From the NCBI GenBank assembly GCA_973895155.1, contig OZ316895.1:23830281-23894280 (forward strand): a stretch of DNA of 64,000 nt. Direction: 5' to 3'. The stretch's first letter is position 1, and each line of letters begins with the position of its first letter. The translations under genes and the position numbers were made by a program. The DNA comes from Marsupella aquatica (taxonomy: Eukaryota > Plantae > Marchantiophyta). Below are positions 24,887 to 45,969 of this stretch, in pieces. A model generated the notes under the pieces. It made no database searches. It was given only the letters and a program-made list of their open reading frames with translations, and had not been told where the DNA came from.

Positions 24887-27390
24887 AGTCACCCACAACA
24901 GAAAACTTTGGGCAAAGAGTCCTGAGCATTGGCCAGAGTCCGTCAAAATCAGCGAGAGTCCAGCCCAGCGTTAGCTTACAATAGTTTCTTAGAGTCACAG
25001 CTCCCATGCGAGTTCCTAGCCGTGGAGGCTGGCGAGCTGCACGCGTAAAGCACAATCGATTTCAGTGCAATTCCGATAGATGCACATCGGCACCAACAAC
25101 ATGATGATGGGGAGTTCAGATGACTGAAGTACATAGATCCCTGCATTTGCGACCATTGTACAGGGAGCTCTGCCCAAGTGCACCCTCCATAAGTGCAAAC
25201 TCTGGGTTACTGGGCGATCTTTCTTCCAACGAAAACTCCCATATACACAAAGGGGGTTGGCGAGAACGGCCTGCAATGATTACACACAAAACGGTCAGAT
25301 GTCTTAGTGATAGAATCTTCACCGATCAGTCAGATGAATCCATTCATAATTAATATAAAATTACAACTCAATAGCAAAGCCTCTCTTAAGGTTACCTCAA
25401 ATCTGAGTTCCTCATCGAAAGTCTACTGGCCACAAGAACCACTACAGTGGCTTAAAATCACATATTAAACTAAGGACAACTATAGGGAGCCTTCTCAGTG
25501 GGTGACGACCGAAGCTCAGCCATTTAGGATTCACACATGCATTCGGTGGATTGAATCAGCTTGTGGGTAATAGAATAAAAGACGTTCAAAGATATCTGCG
25601 GTAACCCCGATGACAATAATCTAACCTACTTCTCTATAGCTACCTCACGAGCATCAGATGGGAAGCATCATCAGCCTCGAGGTGGAGCCCTTTCGACGCG
25701 GGTGCAGAGTAGGAGCTTTGTGAGCCATAGATTCCAAACGCTTGGACCGTCAGGAAAGTCACCTCTCCAAAGCATAGTTCACTGTTTAAGGTTAGCAAAT
25801 TATTGAAACAACGTAGGCACCTTAAAGTAGGTTTCCAGAGTCTCCATGGACAGCGATTGTCAGTACTGAGGTATCCCCAGATCATAAGACAAATGGACAT
25901 ACGGAAATTAGGGACAATTGTTGGCTGGAGACATAACTATTCGCGAGTTCAAAAGACAGCGATGCTGACATTGCTGAAGGCCAGCTTCACCGCGATCAAG
26001 TGGCATTCAGTTGCGTAGATGGGATAAGTAATGGTCATGCGCCTGAAGGAGGGGTCCGGCAGCTGTCTGAGGTACTGAGAGAGGTGCTAGATTCCTTAAT
26101 ATGTTGTACTCGCCATTCCAGCAAAGACTCAATGGACAAAGCAAGAAAAGAAAGGAGCGTGTTATAATTGCGAAGTGTTTGGAAAATCCCCAACCGTTCA
26201 ACCGGAAAAACCTATGGCCTTCAGTTCTCAATTCCTGAGTGTCATTTTACTACAGAAAAATCCTGAAGTCAAGTCATCCCCAGAAAGCTCACCCTAACCA
26301 CTACAGTGGCGACTTTCCACCCAATTTATGGCCAGACAAGAGATTTATTTTGATCGCTTGATAGCAGATCTTACGTAATGCAAACTTCTGCTTCAAATAG
26401 CAACCAACATCATAGACCGAGATACACTATCGTGTGACTGACACCAGAATTGCTCACAGAGAAAGGCGTCTGAAAAGCAACGGGCAGCTAACTTGATTGC
26501 TTTGTGGGGAGGAGACGAATCTCACTGAGCTTCTGCACACAAGACGTCGGGGTTGACGGCAACAAATCCAAGCCCCGTCCCTCGCCGACCTCGAGCTATC
26601 TAGCATTCCCCCAAAAGACCATCATCATACCAAATTCAAGCCGCAATCCAAGCAAGCAACACTCGAAAGGGATTCACGCCACCGACAAACCCCTAAATCC
26701 CCTCATTCTCTCACCTGGTGGAGCAGCCATTCCCAATTCCGGACAACGATCTCTCTGTCATCGACCGGCCACCATCACGCCCTAAACCTTCCCAGCAACT
26801 CGAATCGCTCTCCTCCTGCTCACGGATCCTCGAATTCCAAAGCTTCACGGATCCTCGAATTCACAGCCAGAATTCTCTCTCTCGACGCAGAAGCGAATTG
26901 AGGCCCCAACCACCTCAACTCTCCAATCTCTGCAAACTCCTTCAGCATCTGCCGTTTCCGAGACCAAAAGAGACCAATTTGCCACCACAATGATAGCTCC
27001 ACGAAATGCCTAATTAATCCTTCACCTCTGGCCTGTTCTGGCCACTCCTCTACTCCTCGAACAACAACGACAAAGGACGCTCGAGGCTCTTCAGTAGCTA
27101 AACGCTGGGCGACCTTCTGCCCACGCCAAATCGCAAAGGGATACCGGGCTTGATTGTGCACCGCGACGTCCCTTCGTTTTTTCCCGTTGGGGGGTTTAGG
27201 GTGCCCGGAGAAGGAGTAGACGTGGCCACGAGCGTTTGGTGATGCCCGAATTACAGGGGACGGGGTCCAGAGGTTTGCACGGCAAATCGCCAAAGGATCC
27301 CGGGCGCGTCAGCCGTCTCCACTGTCATGTGCGGGCTTTCCCCCGATTTTTCCCCAGTGCGAATTTCGAGAATCTCAGAGCGAGAGGAGC

Positions 27391-27630
27391 TGCAGGATTC
27401 TTTAATGAAGCTCTTTGGATTCCTGAGAGCTGAGCTGAGAATGTAGAGAAGCAAGATACCCAACATTGGATGCAGGATTCTTTAATGGTGCTCGTTGGAT
27501 TCTTGAGAGCTGAGCTGAGAATGTAGAGAAGCGAGATACACAACATTGGATGCAGGATTCTTTAATGGAGCTCGTTGGATTCCTGAGAGCTGAGCTGAAT
27601 GTAAAGGAGCGAGATACAGAACATTGGATT
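27391..27630. repeat. Three-copy 80-bp tandem repeat just upstream of the RNase H gene
   Basis: TGCAGGATTCTTTAATG starts at 27391, 27471 and 27551. Confidence 0.9.
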
Positions 27631-27760
27631 GATTTAGTCTCTCAAGCTGGGAAGATTACGAATCCTGACAAGTGAGGGGAGAACTGGACATAAGACGGCG
27701 CAGAAGCTTTCTGGGATTTAGAAGGCCATCGATTGCACGAGTAGACGCTCGAAGAGAACG

Positions 27761-28567
27761 ATGCCTTTCTATGCTGTTGCCAGAGGCCATTGCCCTGGCG
27801 TTTACAACTCCTGGGACGATGCCAAGAAGCAAGTCGAGCGATTTCCTAATGCTCGACACAAAAAATTTACGTCGAGAGAGGAAGCTCAGGCGTACATCTC
27901 CGAGCCCTCCGCTGCCGGAGTGTTCATGCAGAATGCAGCAGCTAGAAGTGGGCAAGCTGCGGGACAGGGTGCTGTTCAGCAGTCCGCGAGAGGGCCACCG
28001 AGGTTTAAGGAACCTTCAAATTGCGACGAAGAGCAGGAGTTTGCCGCGGATTATAGCAGATTGAAGCAGGGAGACCTCTCAGATCACCCCATGGATTCGT
28101 CGACATTCGTGGCCTTTACCGATGGCAGCGCCTTGAGTAATGGGAGGTCGAATTCGAGGGCTGGCTGGGCGTGCGTGTTTCCTCATAACCCCGAGTGGAA
28201 TCGAGCTGGACCGCTGGCTGGAGAGCTGCAGACGAACAATCGAGCTGAGTATCGGGCTGCGATTGAGGCGATGTTGCGAGCTAATGTAGAGGACCCGGCG
28301 AAAGTGAAGCCGCTTTACATCTACTCTGATAGCATGCTGCTCATCCGCTCCATGACTGAATGGATTCCGGGATGGATAGCACGAGGATGGGTCAAAGCTG
28401 ATGGAGCCCCCGTTTTGAACAGTGATTTGTTGAAGTGGTTGCTGAGGGAGCAGGGTGAACGACGCATCTTCTGGACGCATGTCCTGGCGCACACGAATGG
28501 AAGAGACTGGAAGTCGAAATGGAATGATTTAGCAGATCAGATGGCCAAGGAACAGGCACGTCAATAG
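27761..28567 (+). CDS. Ribonuclease H1 (Cauli_VI hybrid-binding domain plus eukaryote/fungal-type RNase HI domain), intronless
   Basis: N-terminal FYAVARGHCPGVYNSWDDAKKQVERFPNARHKKF. Catalytic motifs FTDGS (D), TNNRAEY (E), YSDS (D), HVLAH (H) and WNDLAD (D), plus the basic protrusion WIPGWIARGW....G.PVLN.DL. Confidence 0.93.
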   Translation: MPFYAVARGHCPGVYNSWDDAKKQVERFPNARHKKFTSREEAQAYISEPSAAGVFMQNAAARSGQAAGQGAVQQSARGPPRFKEPSNCDEEQEFAADYSRLKQGDLSDHPMDSSTFVAFTDGSALSNGRSNSRAGWACVFPHNPEWNRAGPLAGELQTNNRAEYRAAIEAMLRANVEDPAKVKPLYIYSDSMLLIRSMTEWIPGWIARGWVKADGAPVLNSDLLKWLLREQGERRIFWTHVLAHTNGRDWKSKWNDLADQMAKEQARQ

Positions 28568-29499
28568 ACGGGAGATGGTTTATGCTGTGGAGCTGTGATG
28601 TAGTCGATTTTGCGGTATGACAATCATCGAGCTGAGTATCGGGGAGCAATTGAGGCGATTGGGCCATTTAGAAAAGTGTGAATTGTGCGTCTGCATTCGA
28701 TTGCAAAGATTTCCTTTTTTTGGCGAAGCGATACGTGTATCTTGTTTAGGGCGATGGTATGATCGAGTCGAAGGGACAATATTGGAGCTCCCTTAGTTTT
28801 TGGATGACTTTTAGGACTCATCCTCGGGATATGAAATGTAGATAACGTAATCAGTAGGACTGACTGTAGAGGTCTCATTGTGTCGTCCAGAACAATCTTC
28901 CAGAAAATCCTTCTTCTAAACGATTTCGTTTACTTTCTTTCGTCTTGGGCTCACTGATAGAATCAATACCGACTGCACCGATGTGGGTATCATTCCCATT
29001 TTGATATCGATGATTTACTGTAAAGGTTCGATCGACTTTGTAGTTTCCAACTTTCAAGTGTCGAGAATCTCAGGTTGGTCACTTGGCACATTGTGTGATG
29101 TTTTTACCACTCACTAGACCTGAATTAGATAGACGCCCATGGAGTCTTTGCTAGGAAGTGGTTGTTGTTACATGATACTTGACCAAAATGCATTCCCATG
29201 TCCAGAGAATGCATTCTCAAGTAATTCGTTCGAATGAGCGGACACGTCACACTTGCTTGGTATGAAAATGGTGCAAAGCTTGGAGACAACTGTTGGAATA
29301 CCATCCGTAGTCCAATGCGCCATTCTGGGTCCGACCAATGACAGCTTTCAAGAAGGAAAGGGCATAACATAAACAGCGCACTCAGATAGATATTCTGTCA
29401 ATCTGAAGACAAGATGCTCACAAGGATGGGACAGATTACAGAATGTAGACTGCAAAATTCGCATTTAAGAAATTATGAGAAGGCCATTAGGCGAATTCT

Positions 29500-38142
<8,643 letters not shown>

Positions 38143-38584
38143 ACCACTGTACTGAGCGACGATACACTACACCACACGAAGCTATGGCACGTGAACGGGC
38201 TAGAGACGATCGGCATCACCTCCATCTTAAGGATTGGCTATGCCTGGAGAGGAGAGGAGAGGAGAGGAGAGGAGAGTTCGCCATTCTTTGCCCGTCACTC
38301 GAATTCATTCAATCCATTGGAAAGGCAATGGCTACATTTGACTTCCGAGCTTTTTCCTGCTGGGCGAGATCATCCGAACCCCCAGGAAAGACTGCGACCT
38401 CAAAACGCGAAGATTGATTTTAGCTCCACAATTTCTTTCTGGCTTCCTTCGTTTCTTTTACATTTCGTCAAATCCCCCCTCCATCATCATAAAGCTTCAA
38501 TTACCATTTTCAGCCAAAATTCCTCAAATATATATATTTCTTTATTTTTTTTTTTTTATAAAAACTTTTGGTGGGGGAACAAGC

Positions 38585-38786
38585 CCCAGAACTTTATTCC
38601 ATTTGAAAAATCTCCAGCAAAACAAACCCTGCCTGAAGAGAGGAGATAAGGAGAGAAGGAAGCCAAAAAAATTGGGGCTAGAGAACCCAGAACTTTATTC
38701 CATGTGAAAAATCTCCAGCAAAACAAACCCTGCCTGAAGAGAGGAGATAAGGAGAGAAGGAAGCCAAAAAAAGGGGGGCTAGAGAA
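38585..38786. repeat. Near-perfect 101-bp tandem duplication upstream of IleRS
   Basis: CCCAGAACTTTATTCCAT.TGAAAAATCTCCAGCAAAACAAACCCTGCCTGAAGAGAGG starts at 38585 and 38686. Confidence 0.9.
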
Positions 38787-39741
38787 GGAGCACACCCAGA
38801 GAAAGGAGAACGGGTCCAGCCCCACCAAACTGCCTATTAGGAGGAGGCAGAGAAGAAAGGGAGGACGAGACCCCATAGGGCCTAAAACCTCAAACTAGTA
38901 ATGATAATGGGTGGATAACTATAAGACCAAAAACCATCATCAATAACCAAGCAGGAAAACCAGGTCTGAACCAACCAAGGTCACCATCCTTGCAACTCCC
39001 CCTCTGCCGGCAACCAAAAATCACCAGCACCACACCGAATCAAAGTCGAGGTCAATAATCCGCCACCAATACACCAATTCCTCAAATATTTTAGATCCCA
39101 TTAATAAGTTTCTCGGCCACATGGCGCGCCACTAGCCATATTTAATCGGATGGCTCTCATTAAATACAGGGAGGTCTAGTGGCTAGAATTCGATCTAGGG
39201 AATTTAGGGATGGAGTGCTCCTAGATACTCTACAAGATAACATTACCCCTGCTGACTTAAAGAAAGCTTGAACATTAGGACTCTATGTAACAAGCTTGAA
39301 TGCACATTCTTTGAGTGTTAGTACAAATGATGACAAAATCCATGATCATAATTTTAACATACATAATACATCATATTTCTTTCTATCCACATAAATTTTT
39401 GTGGGGGCCCTAGAGTGACAGCCGGTTTCACTCTAGAACCCAACTCTAGCTCCAGATCTAGATTAATTATATAGATTTGTGCAAACTATTAGATTGGCCT
39501 TAGCTTATCCATAGTCCCCTAAAATTTCAAACTTTTCTTTTGCAAATGCACCCAGAAATGGAGGTTCAACAATGGCACCACTAAATGATAACTCCATACA
39601 TGCAGTTTGCACACATTCATTTAGTGGTTAAGGCAATACATGCATTAGAAGCAATTATTAATATTAAATGCAGTTAACAACTACACAAAGTAGTTTCTCT
39701 TGAGCAAACTAAGACGGGACTGGGACTTGTACCAGTATGCA

Positions 39742-40266
39742 CATATAGCATGCTCATCCTGGAACATGCTTTATTTTTTGTCTTGTAGTGATCTGAAAGT
39801 AAATAAAATATAAGAGCATAGAAGTGCTATTATATAAGTAAAGTGTCTACCAAGAAAAGCACAGTGACCAAGAAAAGATACAGTCAAACGATGCTACGAT
39901 GTGTGGACTTACCTCAGGGTGCCTTATGAATGACACTCCTTTCAATAAAAACCATAAACCTAGGAAAGAAAAACATGAGGAGAACTTAAGAGGCTATGCA
40001 TTCATGTTCTTCAACATCATTTCTCTCACTTGTGGTGGTGAAGCCTTTGGTTTCATCTCTAAGAAAACCCATATTGTGAAAGGGGGCTGCCAAAATAAGT
40101 TCAAAACACTCTAGAATACCTAAAACTAAAGGGGTCTAAAAATTAATTAAAAATGTATAGAATACAAAGGCTGCCCCTTGATAAGGCAGATTGAAATGAA
40201 AATACATGATACAAAAATCTGAATAAGACAAAATCTGAAATGTGCATTCATCATATAGCAGCTTCA
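39742..40266. mobile_element. Small non-coding dispersed element, copy 1 (direct-repeat ends CATATAGCA, terminal hairpin)
   Basis: It shares both ends with 50814-51405: left CATATAGCATGCTCATCCTGGAACATGCTT and right TGAATAAGACAAAAT...TGCATTCATCATATAGCAGCTTCA. Confidence 0.7.
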
Positions 40267-40629
40267 CCTACACGATAATTGCCCTTTCCCTCACGCTCCA
40301 GCTGAGATCGCCTCCGCCAACCTTTCACGCCCTTGGTCGAGCCCCAGTCCACTGCGAACCCACTTCCTTGAGCTCCAAGAACTCAAACTCTCTCGTTCCT
40401 TGACTATATAATCTTGTCTAACCTCGATGCCCGAGAAAGTGTGTCCTCCCCAATCCATCTAACCTTTAAAAAACATGTATCCCCCCACTTTCCAACACGA
40501 CCCAAGCCTAAGATCGCTCCAGAAACCCAAAGTGTAAACACACCACCAACGTCGCCTTTCGCCTTCAGTTCTTGCTCAGCTCAAATCTTACATTTTTGTG
40601 ATCCAGCTCACGAAAGTTCTAGCCCTTAG

Positions 40630-40922
40630 TGAAGAAGAAATTATCTAATTAAAGTGCACTCCTCATGTCTTTAAGAACATTCCAACAAACAAGTAGTCCA
40701 CAAGAATACATGAAATCTTAATTTATTGAACTCTAGACCCACTGGCTATGCCAAATCTTCACAATACAAGCTCTATCTATCTCTCAATTCTTCCACCACA
40801 AGCAAACACTGCTTGGATATATAGTGTGCAACACGACTAGCCTAACCAAGTCTGCGATTAAGGTTAGCCTCCATGCCATTCTAGTCATAACTCTAGATCG
40901 ACCTAAGAGTAAATACCTAATA
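40630..40922 (-). mobile_element. Old solo LTR related to the Copia LTRs at 46816 and 49482
   Basis: TTTATTGAACTCTAGACCCACTGGCTATGCCAAATCTTCACAATACAAGCTCT, ATATAGTGTGCAAC and the end TAAGAGTAAATACCTAATA align with the corresponding Copia LTR segments. The left boundary is approximate. Confidence 0.65.
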
Positions 40923-41788
40923 GTTTCATGAAGTATCCAATTCAATTGTGTCTCAAGGTTCCCACTTATTTTCTTTGAAGTGAACCCATCATGCCCCCCA
41001 AACTGTAGAGTTTCTTTAATGCATTTAATGGAAGTCTTACAAATTATTCTGGAATAGCTTTAGAATTTTTCCTAATCAATTTTGAGCATTATTGAAATTT
41101 TTTTTAAAAAGTTAAATTGTAAAAATTGTAAAAAATAGAGTTAAATACAAAAAACTATGTTATTTTTAAGGTGTTTATTACCCAAAAACTTTGCGTGTGA
41201 TATGAGACCCCGTAGCTAACAAGGCCTGGAGAATTGTGCAATACATAAGGGCTCCAGGTATGAGCCAAACACTAAAGAATATGACATATGAGACGTGACA
41301 ACACATATGGGGAAGCACAAATGCAAATTGTGATGCAATCATTGGGTTGTGCTACAAGTTAGACCAATTCTAGAGGATTAACATGGTACTACCTCTCAAG
41401 GGGGCCAATACCAACCAAAAGAATTGTTGGCCTTGTTACTTCACTCTTCCATCAAGTCTATTTGAGACTTCGCTCTCCTAGGTGACTTCTGACCAGCAGG
41501 TTTGAGGTTCATCCATGATATGGCATTTTTGCTCCAATTTTAGGTTTGAATTCTGCTAAATGTTGGCGCTTGTAACAAACTTTGTATGAATCATGAAAAA
41601 ATACGGCTAGAATACAATACTTACTTGTGATTGACAATATGTATTGGAAAACTTGCATGCCCCATGAAGGATGTCTTTGCAAGATAAGCACACATTGTAT
41701 GCCCAAATGAATCAAGGTCAACCACCCAAATGGGAACAGGCAACTCCTACATTTGGCAACATTGGCACTTACCGTAGACAATCCCAAA

Positions 41789-42308
41789 CCGTTTTTTACT
41801 ATCCTGTCCCCGAAACTGGTCGTTATTGTTAACTCGTCCCCAGACTATTTTTATTACTAGGCTGTCCCCCTTTTCGTATACTGGTTAGCTTAACCAGAGT
41901 TCTTAACCCGAGTCCCTTGGGATTGGTCGCTCGCCATGTGGCAAGGCGCTATTGGGCCAGCCGTAACTCGGTTGGAGGTGACCTAACCCGGGCCCGAGTA
42001 GGGCTTCTCCTCCCCCCAGGCACATCGCAGCCCGACAGAGGGCCGCCCGGTCCTCCCTACCCGCAAAATCCCCCTCGATGACACTCCTGAGTGGCCCGAC
42101 GTTGTCTCCCCTCCCCCTTTGTTTTTTCCAAAGAAAAACACAGGCAATGTTTACACATTGCCTTTGTGTGTACACAGTCGGGCCTTGAAGCTGCCGAGTC
42201 GGGCCTAGATTGATCGAATGCAGTAGTTGCGGCTCACGAGGGGAGGGTTGGGGCGAATGTGAGAGGATCGCCATTGAGAGGGCGAACTTACTAGCCGCAG
42301 TTGGGAGG
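41789..42308. repeat. MULE left TIR
   Basis: Reverse complement of ~45970-46489 with scattered substitutions. Confidence 0.92.
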
Positions 42309-42646
42309 GCAAACGGATCAACTCCAAGTAAGTTCCTGAATGTTCACAGATAGATTTTCTGGCGATTTTCTTGAACAACGTCTATTCAATAAGGTAGCGC
42401 AACAATCAAGGGAGGGAGAACATATATTGGGCTATCGAATGCTTTACGTACGTAGGAACAAAGTAGGGTTGTTGGGGCCGTTGTTACTGCTGCTATTGTG
42501 AAGAACCTGGACATTCGGCTTAATATGTTACTCCTGCTGTTTTGATCGACTCCAAGTAAGTGTTCTACTTCCGAATTGACAAATGTTGACTCTGTTATCT
42601 TTCACAAGGCCTGCTTGTTGATGCTTAAGCCCTCATTGTAATTGCA

Positions 42647-44601
42647 ATGCTCTATGCTTCAGGGAACATGGAATCAGTACAGGAACTGAAGCTGAAATTA
42701 GGCAGGACATTTGAGAGTTGGGAGGAGTTAAAGAGAGCCATTGTGGATGATGGAGTCAAAACAGAGAGAGTTTTAGTCACACACAAGAAGGACCACAAGA
42801 AGTGGAAGCTAAAATGTCGGATGAAACATAGCAGCCATGGGGAGAAACAATGTCATTGACAACTAAGGGCAACCAAAAAATCAAGAACTGAAACAATAAC
42901 CATCACCTGCACTCACCTGGAACATACATGTGAGGCTGTGGACCATTATAGACGTAGAATGCACTCAAATTCAGACAGGCTAGCTGACAAAATATTGGAT
43001 ATCATTCAGAAAAATCGACAGACCAGACCTGCATCCTTGAGAGATACAGCTCAAGCATTAGTTCACCCGGACATCAAATACCACACTGCATATGCCGCAA
43101 AGAGGAGGTGTCTAACCCGTCTAGATGGAGACCAGACTCAGTCCTTTCACTTAATACCTGCCCATTGTCACCATATCCTAGAACATGATCCAGGGGCCGT
43201 AGCAAAGTACAGAGCTCCTCAAGGTCGATTGGATATGCTTTTTGTTTGCCCTTCAGCTTCTAGGGAATCCTTTTGTCATTGCAGGCCAATGATTGCATTG
43301 GATGGCACCCACACACGGTGCATGTACCCTGGAATTTTGCTTCTGGCCACCACACTGGATGCCAATAATATCGTTATTGTGCTGGCTTACTCTTGGATGC
43401 CATCAAAAAATGAAGCAAATTGGATGTTGTTTCTGAATTTGTTAAGAGATGCAATTCCAGATTTGAGCAAGCCAGGCACTGTTTTCATTTCAGATAGGGA
43501 GAAAGGTTTGAGTGATGGAGTACCAGAAGTTTTCCCACATGGGCATCGAGCATATTGCACTTGGCATCTTGCAGAAAACGTGCACAAACACCATGGCAAA
43601 GAAATCAGGAAAATGTTTGAGAGCTTGCCATATGCTGTCACTCCAACAAAGTACAGTGCCAAGTTACAACGGATCGAAGAGAAGAGCAAAGCTGCTGCTG
43701 ACTACATTAAAAAAACAGCAGATGCAAAATACTATTCCAGAGCTTTTTTTCCCATTCGAAGGTAATAGTTTGCATAGTCAATTCAGCAATTTCATGTGTC
43801 TGAATTTGGATTGCATTTTATTATACTGAATGATAGTGTTGGATCGAAATGGTTGAAAATATTGTTTTTGATCATAGATGGGGCCATGAGACTTCACAAC
43901 AAGCTGAAAGTAGCAATCGTGCTTTGAAACTACAATGGTAGGAGGTAACCTTGAACATGTCATGTCAAATTTGGGATTACATCATGCTAAAATACTTTGA
44001 GGAAAAGGAGTTGGTTGTAGGAATCACAACTCCTTTCCCTCCCAACATAATGGCAGCATTGAGACAGGTGGAGGAGAAAGCAACTCATCTTACTGCCCAC
44101 CCTTCAACTCACTCTGAGGTGAGAATTACTAATGAACGGAACATTCAATACATTGTGCAGTTGGATCCACATTGGTCTTGCAGCTATGGTGACTTTCAGG
44201 ACTTGCTTCTGCCATGCATGCATGCCTGACGGGCCTTGACCAGGCTATACAAAAAGCATTATGATTATGTGTCACCACTATATAGCTCAGACACCTTCAA
44301 AAAAACATATGAGACTCATCTACCGGCTTTGATAAGGAGTGACTTGCTGCCTGATCCCAATTGCGGGCCACCATTAAAGAAGCGTCAAAAAGGGCGTCCA
44401 ACTGAGAGAGCGAGGATGAGATTTGATGATGAAGAAGTTTGTAGACTACCTCGGAAGTGTGGAGTTTGTGGTGACCGAGGCCATGACAGACGAAATTGTC
44501 CCAATCGTGCGAGTGCACGAGAGGCAGTGAGATTATCCAGGCAGCAGGTTACTGGTGATGCGACATTGGACTCAGACAAATTTCTGGACCTGGATACTTA
44601 G
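42647..44601 (+). pseudogene. MuDR/MULE DDE transposase with SWIM and CCHC zinc knuckles; one intron (43762-43877) and three in-frame stops
   Basis: Motifs GRTFESWEELK, IALDGTH (D), FISDREKGL (D), CTWH, WGHETSQQAES (E), SWIM-like CSYGDFQ...PCMHA and CGVCGDRGHDRRNC. Stops lie at 42857-42859, 43939-43941 and 44227-44229. Confidence 0.9.
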
Positions 44602-45145
44602 AACGACAGTGTGCACGGAAGTGATAGTGGTGACGAGATTGGTGACAGTTAGGACTCTAGCTCCCTTGCACAGACCAATAACATTGGTGGTAGTCACACT
44701 ATTGTTGGCTGGGGAACACATGAAAATTGTGAAATTAGTAGTTTCTCACAATTGCTAGCTACAGTAGAATCTCAGGCAACAGATGTTTGAAGTATATGTC
44801 AGCATTGTATGTGTCTTTTGCACATGAGGCACTCACCTTTTTCACAATTGAGGGGTATGAAATACATATCCACAACACACTATCTCTGTTTTGCTACAAG
44901 TTATAACAATGGAAAACATAATTTCTTGAGCACATATTCTTTCTCTTTTGCAATGGAAACGAATCTGTGTTGTGGACAGAATTCTGTTGAATTCAGACAG
45001 CACAATTTGAGAAGAGTGAATAAAAAATGACAGCGTTTGGGAGATTTTTTTATTACAAAACCATAGCTTTACATTGATGCATTGCTACATTCCTAGCCAA
45101 AAGATGAGTTGAAACAACACAGGTTTCCTCTACATATGAGGCAGT

Positions 45146-45718
45146 CTACAGCTCCGACAATGCCCAAGCACCCCTTTTTTTCAACCCCTTCTGCATAAAG
45201 TCCATTGCCTCGGCCCTGGTTTTGAAGGACTTAAACTTGCAGTCACTAAAACCATAGACTTGTTTCTCACATTCATCCCATGTCCCATAAATGCCTGGCT
45301 GAAATCCATGCACAACTGCATAGAATTTATGCTTCTGCCCTGGTTTCCATGTGGAATTTGGGCCCTCAATATAGTTCACTTCTGAACCCGGTGAGTTGAT
45401 TTCTTCCTTAAGTAAGATGCCTGAGCCCTGGACATTGGCGTTGGTCCCTGATTCAGTACTGATGAACTCCACCTTTTGGGTTGAGTGTTGATTCTGGGGA
45501 TTTGTCTGCTCTTCCAACAGGTGTGCTGGAAGCTCTGGTGCACTTGGTTGAAGCTTTGGAGCTGCATTAGATGTTGAATCAAATGTCTGCAAATTTATGT
45601 ATAGGTGGTCCCGAGCACAGTCGAGCACATCTGAGACCCTACGAAAGAAGGTGCCCAACATTGCCAGGATTGCACAAATGCAGATCAATAAGAACTGAAT
45701 GATAGTGCTAAGCTTCAT
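45146..45718 (-). CDS. MULE accessory gene: hydrophobic N-terminus and C-terminal Cauli_VI (RNase H1 hybrid-binding-like) domain, 190 aa
   Basis: KFYAVVHGFQPGIYGTWDECEKQVYGFSDCKFKSFKTRAEAMDFM matches the Cauli_VI consensus. The N-terminus IIQFLLICICAILAMLGTFF is hydrophobic. There is no RNase H catalytic domain. Confidence 0.8.
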   Translation of the reverse strand: MKLSTIIQFLLICICAILAMLGTFFRRVSDVLDCARDHLYINLQTFDSTSNAAPKLQPSAPELPAHLLEEQTNPQNQHSTQKVEFISTESGTNANVQGSGILLKEEINSPGSEVNYIEGPNSTWKPGQKHKFYAVVHGFQPGIYGTWDECEKQVYGFSDCKFKSFKTRAEAMDFMQKGLKKRGAWALSEL

Positions 45719-45969
45719 TGCTTACGTTCCTGCCCTTCTCCACTAGAAATTGATCCTTGAACAACAACAGCGAGAAGCAACAACAACAACCCGACTTTGT
45801 GCTCAGTCCTTCACAGCACCACCACCAGCAATAGCCATAGCTACTTCACCCCAGTGCTAAAACATTCCTCGCACATCTGCTCTTGCAGGACTGTCCTTCC
45901 ACAGTTGTGCTAACATTCAGGAAGGAGCTTGGATAAGCGAGAGTCGATCCACTCCCCGATCCACTCACC

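Noticed and set aside
25400-27300. Possible additional minus-strand gene between the esterase and RNase H
   Set aside because: There are splice-like signals but no coherent ORF or recognisable protein. It may be UTR or lncRNA and cannot be supported.
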